Origin: Blastocatellia bacterium
GTDB lineage: Bacteria; Acidobacteriota; Blastocatellia; HR10
Assembly: GCA_025055075.1 (NCBI GenBank)
Contig: JANWYV010000022.1
Coordinates: forward strand, 3,120-67,119
Direction: 5' to 3'
Length of the DNA stretch: 64,000 nucleotides
The translations under genes and the position numbers were made by a program. Below, one piece after another: positions 59,164 through 64,000 of the stretch (the first letter of the stretch is position 1; each line of letters begins with the position of its first letter). The notes under the pieces are model-generated. The model saw nothing but the letters and a program-made list of their open reading frames with translations. It did not search any database and had not been told where the DNA came from.

Positions 59164-59784
59164 ATGAAGCATCGCGTGCTCGCATGGGGAATGGCGATCG
59201 TTTTGCCGCTGGTCGTGTGGGCTCAGAACACGCCCAAGCTCAAGCCCGGGGACACAATCCCGGCTTCCGTCAAAGACGTGAAGATGCTCAGCGTCACGGG
59301 CCGTCAGCTCTCCATCGCAGATGTCAAAGGGCCGAAAGGGACGCTGGTGATCTTCTCCTGCAACTCCTGCCCGTGGGTCAAGGCCTGGGAGACGCGCATC
59401 GCGGAGGTCGGCAACTGGGCGCAGAAGCAAGGCATCGGCGTGATCATGATCAACCCGAACGATCCGGCGAAGAACCCCGAGGATAGTTACGAGGTGATGC
59501 AGCAACGGACGAAAGAGCGGGGCTTCGAGTTCCCTTACGTCGTGGACGCCACGAGCGATGTGGCGAGAGCTTTCGGGGCCACACATACGCCCGAATTCTT
59601 CCTCTTCGACGCGACGGGGAAGCTCGTTTACACCGGCGCGCTTGACGATAATGCGCGCAATCCCGAGGCCGTGAAGGAGCGGTACCTCCAAAATGCCATC
59701 GAGGCGCTCCTGGCCGGCAAACCTATCCCAGTCGCGCAGACCCGGAGCATCGGCTGCACGATCAAATTCCGCGAGAAGATCTGA
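59164..59784 (+). CDS. Exported thioredoxin-fold (AhpC/TSA-like) protein
   Basis: FSCNSCPWV, FPY..D, ATHTPEFF, Y.GA.DD, SIGCTIK. Confidence 0.9.
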   Translation: MKHRVLAWGMAIVLPLVVWAQNTPKLKPGDTIPASVKDVKMLSVTGRQLSIADVKGPKGTLVIFSCNSCPWVKAWETRIAEVGNWAQKQGIGVIMINPNDPAKNPEDSYEVMQQRTKERGFEFPYVVDATSDVARAFGATHTPEFFLFDATGKLVYTGALDDNARNPEAVKERYLQNAIEALLAGKPIPVAQTRSIGCTIKFREKI

Positions 59785-59941
59785 CGCAACCGTCAACGGG
59801 GCATTCGCACGAGGTCAAGCGGATTGGGGCTCGCTGAACAAGCGGGCCCCACTTTGAGGGATCCGTCTGCCCCGTTGATCTCGATCCGGGGAGAGGTGCG
59901 GATCTCTTGCGAGGGGGAAGCTCTCGGCGAGTGACCGTGAG

Positions 59942-60322
59942 CTATAAGTGCGCCTCGGAGGAAGAGCCCGGCTTCTCCTCCTCTCCCATTCTCGTGCGAA
60001 ATTGGCGAGCGCCCAGCTCATCCAGAAGGGTCCCTTCCCAAAACGGGACGCCGACGAAATACGCGACGCGGCCTATAACGTGCGCAGCGATCGGCGCCGT
60101 CAGAAGGATGAACGCCAACGTCGCCAATGCGCGCGCTGAGATGCCGAGATCCCCGTAGTGAATGGCCACGGCCAGGAGGATGAGCCCAGCTCCAAGTGAA
60201 CCGGCCTTCGACGTGGCGTGCATGCGCGTGAAGAGATCGGGCATGCGGATCAATCCCAGTGCCGCGATGAGCATGAAGGTCGCTCCGCATAGCATCATCA
60301 CCGCGACGATGTAGGCCCTCAT
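59942..60322 (-). CDS. mrpG: Mrp antiporter subunit G
   Basis: RMPDLFTRMHATSK, TAPIAAH. Confidence 0.93.
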   Translation of the reverse strand: MRAYIVAVMMLCGATFMLIAALGLIRMPDLFTRMHATSKAGSLGAGLILLAVAIHYGDLGISARALATLAFILLTAPIAAHVIGRVAYFVGVPFWEGTLLDELGARQFRTRMGEEEKPGSSSEAHL

Positions 60323-60585
60323 GGCTGTCCTCGTTTTCGCACGTATTGGGCGAAGGCGATCGTGCCCAGAAAGGAGATAAGTGCCAGTAGGGTGGCGACA
60401 TCCAAAAATACCGGATTCTGCGCGGCGATGGCGTAGACAGCACTCAATCCGACGCAGAGGGTGGAGAGGAGATCGAGCGCGACGACTCGATCCGGCAGCG
60501 TCGGTCCGCGAAGCAAGCGCACGAAGGCCAGAAAGAGCGCCGCGACGAGTATTCCCAGAGCGAGCGAAGGTGCGGCGTCCATCAT
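60319..60585 (-). CDS. mrpF: Mrp antiporter subunit F
   Basis: GPTLPDRVVALD, FLGTIAFA. Confidence 0.93.
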   Translation of the reverse strand: MMDAAPSLALGILVAALFLAFVRLLRGPTLPDRVVALDLLSTLCVGLSAVYAIAAQNPVFLDVATLLALISFLGTIAFAQYVRKRGQP

Positions 60586-61058
60586 CGAAGCACCTCCATG
60601 ATCCGTCGTTCAAAGCCCTCTTTCACCCGGCGTCGCACGGCATCGGCATCGTCAATGTACATGACGTGGATATAGAGCGTGCGCCGGTCGGGAGAGACTT
60701 CCAGACTGAGCGTCCCTGGCGTCAACGTGATCAAGTTCGCCAGGAAAGTGATCCCCACATCGGTCCGCAGGTCGAGTGGGATGCCAACTACGCCAGGACG
60801 CATGTAGTGCGTCGGAGTGAGCACATCGTGAGCCACCCGCAGGCTGGAGAGGATCAGTTCCCAGAGGAAGAAGACGATGAGGCCGAGGACCTGCGGGACC
60901 TTGCGAAAATACGGCGGAGGGCTTCCCAAGACTCGATGTGTGAACAGCAGGATCCCATACCCGAGCAAAAAGCCCAACAGGAAATTGTCCGGTGCAAAAC
61001 GCCCCGTCAAGACGACCCACGCCAAGGCCAACAGCAGATTCCACAGCAGAAGCGTCAT
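60582..61058 (-). CDS. mrpE: Mrp antiporter subunit E
   Basis: [16 protein letters not shown]. Confidence 0.93.
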   Translation of the reverse strand: MTLLLWNLLLALAWVVLTGRFAPDNFLLGFLLGYGILLFTHRVLGSPPPYFRKVPQVLGLIVFFLWELILSSLRVAHDVLTPTHYMRPGVVGIPLDLRTDVGITFLANLITLTPGTLSLEVSPDRRTLYIHVMYIDDADAVRRRVKEGFERRIMEVLR

Positions 61059-62578
61059 GACCGACCCCGGAACATTGTGGAGATGTAGAGATCCGGATCT
61101 TGCAATTGTTCGGCTGCCGCTTCCGCCAGCGCGAGCACGAATTCGGCGCCCAAGCCGATCAGGATTGTCAGGAGCGCCAGTCCCGCGCTCGAGAGAATCC
61201 CCCAGCGGGCCGTCACAACGCCCGACGGCGCGAGCGGGGTGAGCGTCGAGGGAACTGGAGCGGGCGCCGACGATGCAGGCGGATCATCGGCTGCGGGTTT
61301 CCAAAAGGCCTCCGTCCAAATCTTCATCATCGAGAGAAGCGTCAGCAGACTCACTCCCAGGGCGACGGCGACGATGATCCAGCGACCCGCTTGTAGGCCA
61401 GCTTGGACCAAAAGCAGCTTCGCGAAGAAGCCCGAAAGCGGAGGGAGACCCGCCAGCGAGAGCGCTGGGATTAAGAAGAGTATTGCCAGGCTCGGATGCG
61501 TTCGATACAGCCCCCCGAGCCGGTTCAGGTCGAAGCTCCCCTGCACGGCGTGCGCGAGACCACTTGTGAGGAAGAGGTTCGTTTTGACGATGATGTGGTG
61601 GATGATGTAGAAGATCGAGCCCGCGAGTCCCGCCGTCGTGAGGAGTCCAAGCCCCATGATCATGTAGCCAATTTGGCTGATGATGTGGAAGGAAAGGATG
61701 CGCCGAAATTCGTTCTGAGCGAGGGCGCCCAGGACGCCAGTGAGCATCGTGAGACCGGAGACGATGAGAATCACCGCATGCCCCTGGTCGGGGAAGATCA
61801 GGGTGAACACGCGAAGCAAGGCATAGACACCCACCTTCGTGAGCAATCCGGCGAAGATGGCCGAGACGGCGACCGGGGGCGTGTGATACGAGGCCGGAAG
61901 CCAGAAGAAGAGAGGGAAGATGGCCGCCTTGATCCCAAAGGCCGTCAGCAACAAGAAGGCGATCGCCGTTTTCGCCCCTGAAGGTGGCAGAGGGCGAAGT
62001 CGCTGGGCGAGGTCGGCCATATTCAGCGTTCCCACGAGACCGTAGAGCAGTCCGACGGCCGTCAGAAAGAGCGCCGAGGCCATGAGATTGAGCGTCACAT
62101 ACTTGATCGCTCCTTCGAGCTGCGCTCGTTCGCCTCCGAGTGCGAGGAGGACGAACGATGCCATGAGCATGACCTCGAACCAAACGTAGAGGTTGAAGAG
62201 ATCGCCCGTCAGGAAGGCTCCGCACACGCCCATCAGGAGGATCTGCGAAAGGGGGTAATAGCCGAAGGTCTCACGGGCCGGATCCATGTGCGCGAGGGAG
62301 AAAAGAGCGACGGCCACGCCAATCGTCGCCGCCAGCACGACCATGATAGCGCTCAACAGATCAGCGATCAACGCAATGCCGAACGGTGCAGGCCAGTTGC
62401 CCACCCAGAGGACTTGAGGACCGTGCTGCCATACTCGCACCAAAAGGTTGATGGAAGCGACCAACAGAGCCACACTCCCGACGACGCCTAATCCCCGCTG
62501 CCACTGTCGCCCGCGCCAGGCAAGGAATCCCACAGTGGCTGTCGCGAGAGGGATGAGGATGGGGAGGATGAGCGCCAT
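61055..62578 (-). CDS. mrpD: Mrp antiporter subunit D
   Basis: [31 protein letters not shown]. Confidence 0.95.
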   Translation of the reverse strand: MALILPILIPLATATVGFLAWRGRQWQRGLGVVGSVALLVASINLLVRVWQHGPQVLWVGNWPAPFGIALIADLLSAIMVVLAATIGVAVALFSLAHMDPARETFGYYPLSQILLMGVCGAFLTGDLFNLYVWFEVMLMASFVLLALGGERAQLEGAIKYVTLNLMASALFLTAVGLLYGLVGTLNMADLAQRLRPLPPSGAKTAIAFLLLTAFGIKAAIFPLFFWLPASYHTPPVAVSAIFAGLLTKVGVYALLRVFTLIFPDQGHAVILIVSGLTMLTGVLGALAQNEFRRILSFHIISQIGYMIMGLGLLTTAGLAGSIFYIIHHIIVKTNLFLTSGLAHAVQGSFDLNRLGGLYRTHPSLAILFLIPALSLAGLPPLSGFFAKLLLVQAGLQAGRWIIVAVALGVSLLTLLSMMKIWTEAFWKPAADDPPASSAPAPVPSTLTPLAPSGVVTARWGILSSAGLALLTILIGLGAEFVLALAEAAAEQLQDPDLYISTMFRGRS

Positions 62579-62595
62579 GAAGCATCCCTCCTCGC

Positions 62596-62949
62596 TCATG
62601 TATCCGTCGTCTTCAGGTCATCCAGGTCATCCGTGCCAACCGTTTGATACGCGCGATGAATGAGCGCCAGAGCGAAGGCGAGCACTCCGAAGCTGATGAC
62701 GATGGCCGTCAGGATGAGCGCCTGAGGGAGCGGATCCGCATATGGCGGAGGGACGCTCGATTCTCCCTCAGGGACGATTGGCGGCCGACCGCGAACCAAA
62801 CGTCCCATGGTGAAGATGAGCAAGTTGCTCCCGTTGGAGAGGAGTCCTAGGCCGATGATGAGCTTCACCACGCTGCGTCGCAGCATCATGTAGAGCCCGG
62901 TCGCGTATAAACTCCCAATGACCACAGCCAGAACGACTTCCATGCTCAT
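62596..62949 (-). CDS. mrpC: Mrp antiporter subunit C
   Basis: [16 protein letters not shown]. Confidence 0.95.
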   Translation of the reverse strand: MSMEVVLAVVIGSLYATGLYMMLRRSVVKLIIGLGLLSNGSNLLIFTMGRLVRGRPPIVPEGESSVPPPYADPLPQALILTAIVISFGVLAFALALIHRAYQTVGTDDLDDLKTTDT

Positions 62950-63419
62950 TCCTCCATGAGCGTGAAGACGATCAAAAGGGTGACGCCGACGACGACCAAA
63001 TATACGCCGACGTCGAATAGCACTGGCGTTCCGAGTTCCAGACGATCCCACTTGATCCACCGGCCGGTGAGAAACGGCATTCCTTCCAATGGCCCCAGCA
63101 GACCACTGGCGAGGGCCGTCAGTAGGCCTGCGGCGATCAATCCCTTCGGAGGGAGCCGCAGCAAAGAGTGCGCTGCTGCTGCTCCCTGCGCGAGTGCGTA
63201 AAGCGCGATGGCCGCTGCTGCCACGAGTCCGCCCACAAATCCTCCCCCCGGCGCATGGTGCCCGCGAAAGAGCAAGAAGATCGAGAAGAGCAATAGCAGC
63301 GGCAGCAACAGCCGCACGGCCAGGTTGAGAATCAGCGATGGCCGCTCCCATTCCAACAGGCGAGGACGCGCTCGCTGTCGCGGTGTCTCAAGCTCGTCGT
63401 GCGTTCGCTCTTCTCTCAT
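62946..63419 (-). CDS. mrpB: Mrp antiporter subunit B
   Basis: [21 protein letters not shown]. Confidence 0.93.
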   Translation of the reverse strand: MREERTHDELETPRQRARPRLLEWERPSLILNLAVRLLLPLLLLFSIFLLFRGHHAPGGGFVGGLVAAAAIALYALAQGAAAAHSLLRLPPKGLIAAGLLTALASGLLGPLEGMPFLTGRWIKWDRLELGTPVLFDVGVYLVVVGVTLLIVFTLMEE

Positions 63420-64000
63420 TGGCGATCCTCCAGACGCAAGCGGAGCAAAACATAGACCCCAATGCCAGCGAGAGCCAGCACGGTGATCTCCCCGAGCGTA
63501 TCCAGCGCGCGAAAGTCCACCAGGATCACGTTCACCACATTGCGACCGTGCGCCATGGGGACACTCTCGCGCGCGAAATATTCGGAGATGGTGGCCGGCG
63601 GCGGCATCCTCAGGATGGAGAGCACAAGCCCGCCCACCAAACTGCCGGCCAGCCCGCACATCAGGATGTCACGTACCCGCGCCCGTGGACTGGAGAGCGT
63701 CGCAAATCGCGGCAGGTAGTAAAAGACGAGAACAAAGAGGATGACCGTCAGGGATTCGATCATGAACTGCGTGAGCGCCAGATCGGGAGCGCCGAAGATC
63801 ATGTAGAACAGCGCGATCGTGTAGCCGACAACGCCGAGGGCAGCGATCGCCGCCAGTCGTGACGTGAAGCGCACGGCGGCCACGGCCGCGGCGACGATGA
63901 GTCCGGCGAGCGCGATCTCCACCACGCGCCCGCGTGAGAAGGCTTCAAAGGCGATCAGCCCTCTTTCCGCCAAAAGAGGGTATCCGGCCACGCCCACCGT
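63416..64000 (-). CDS. mrpA: Mrp antiporter subunit A, C-terminal part (gene continues beyond the window)
   Basis: [27 protein letters not shown]. Confidence 0.93.
   Translation of the reverse strand, partial: TVGVAGYPLLAERGLIAFEAFSRGRVVEIALAGLIVAAAVAAVRFTSRLAAIAALGVVGYTIALFYMIFGAPDLALTQFMIESLTVILFVLVFYYLPRFATLSSPRARVRDILMCGLAGSLVGGLVLSILRMPPPATISEYFARESVPMAHGRNVVNVILVDFRALDTLGEITVLALAGIGVYVLLRLRLEDRQ

Overview
GC-rich bacterial chromosome window. Gene content and order (Oar-type TonB-dependent receptor, ispE-tRNA-Gln-prs-rplY-pth-rpsF-rpsR-rplI, PASTA-rpe-bamD) suggest Acidobacteriota, probably Blastocatellia-like; this is an inference. From about 22 kb onward the window is mostly housekeeping: a translation cluster, an NtrY/NtrX-type two-component pair, an Rrf2-led suf operon, cobB-larC-metG-tatD, valS, nadC, thioredoxin-fold proteins and the mrp antiporter. 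The first 22 kb is accessory and holds the best candidates. (1) A three-gene exported redox module at 10310-13300: a MauG/MbnH-type di-heme enzyme, a Tat-exported metallophosphoesterase-fold protein with a WxW motif, and a SoxA/TsdA-like heme protein with probable His/Cys ligation. It may build a protein-derived cofactor, and I know of no description of it. (2) An arcE-arcC-arcB arginine catabolic operon with no arginine deiminase, a Giardia-like OTC and a degenerate glgC paralog at its head. (3) A matrixin-type protease with five PPC repeats whose pro/inhibitor-like domain seems to be a separate upstream gene. (4) A secreted amidohydrolase cluster with an apparently inactive member. No CRISPR array, rRNA, transposase or prophage was seen. 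All calls come from motif recognition by eye; no searches were run. Start codons were often moved inside the supplied ORFs to match RBSs.
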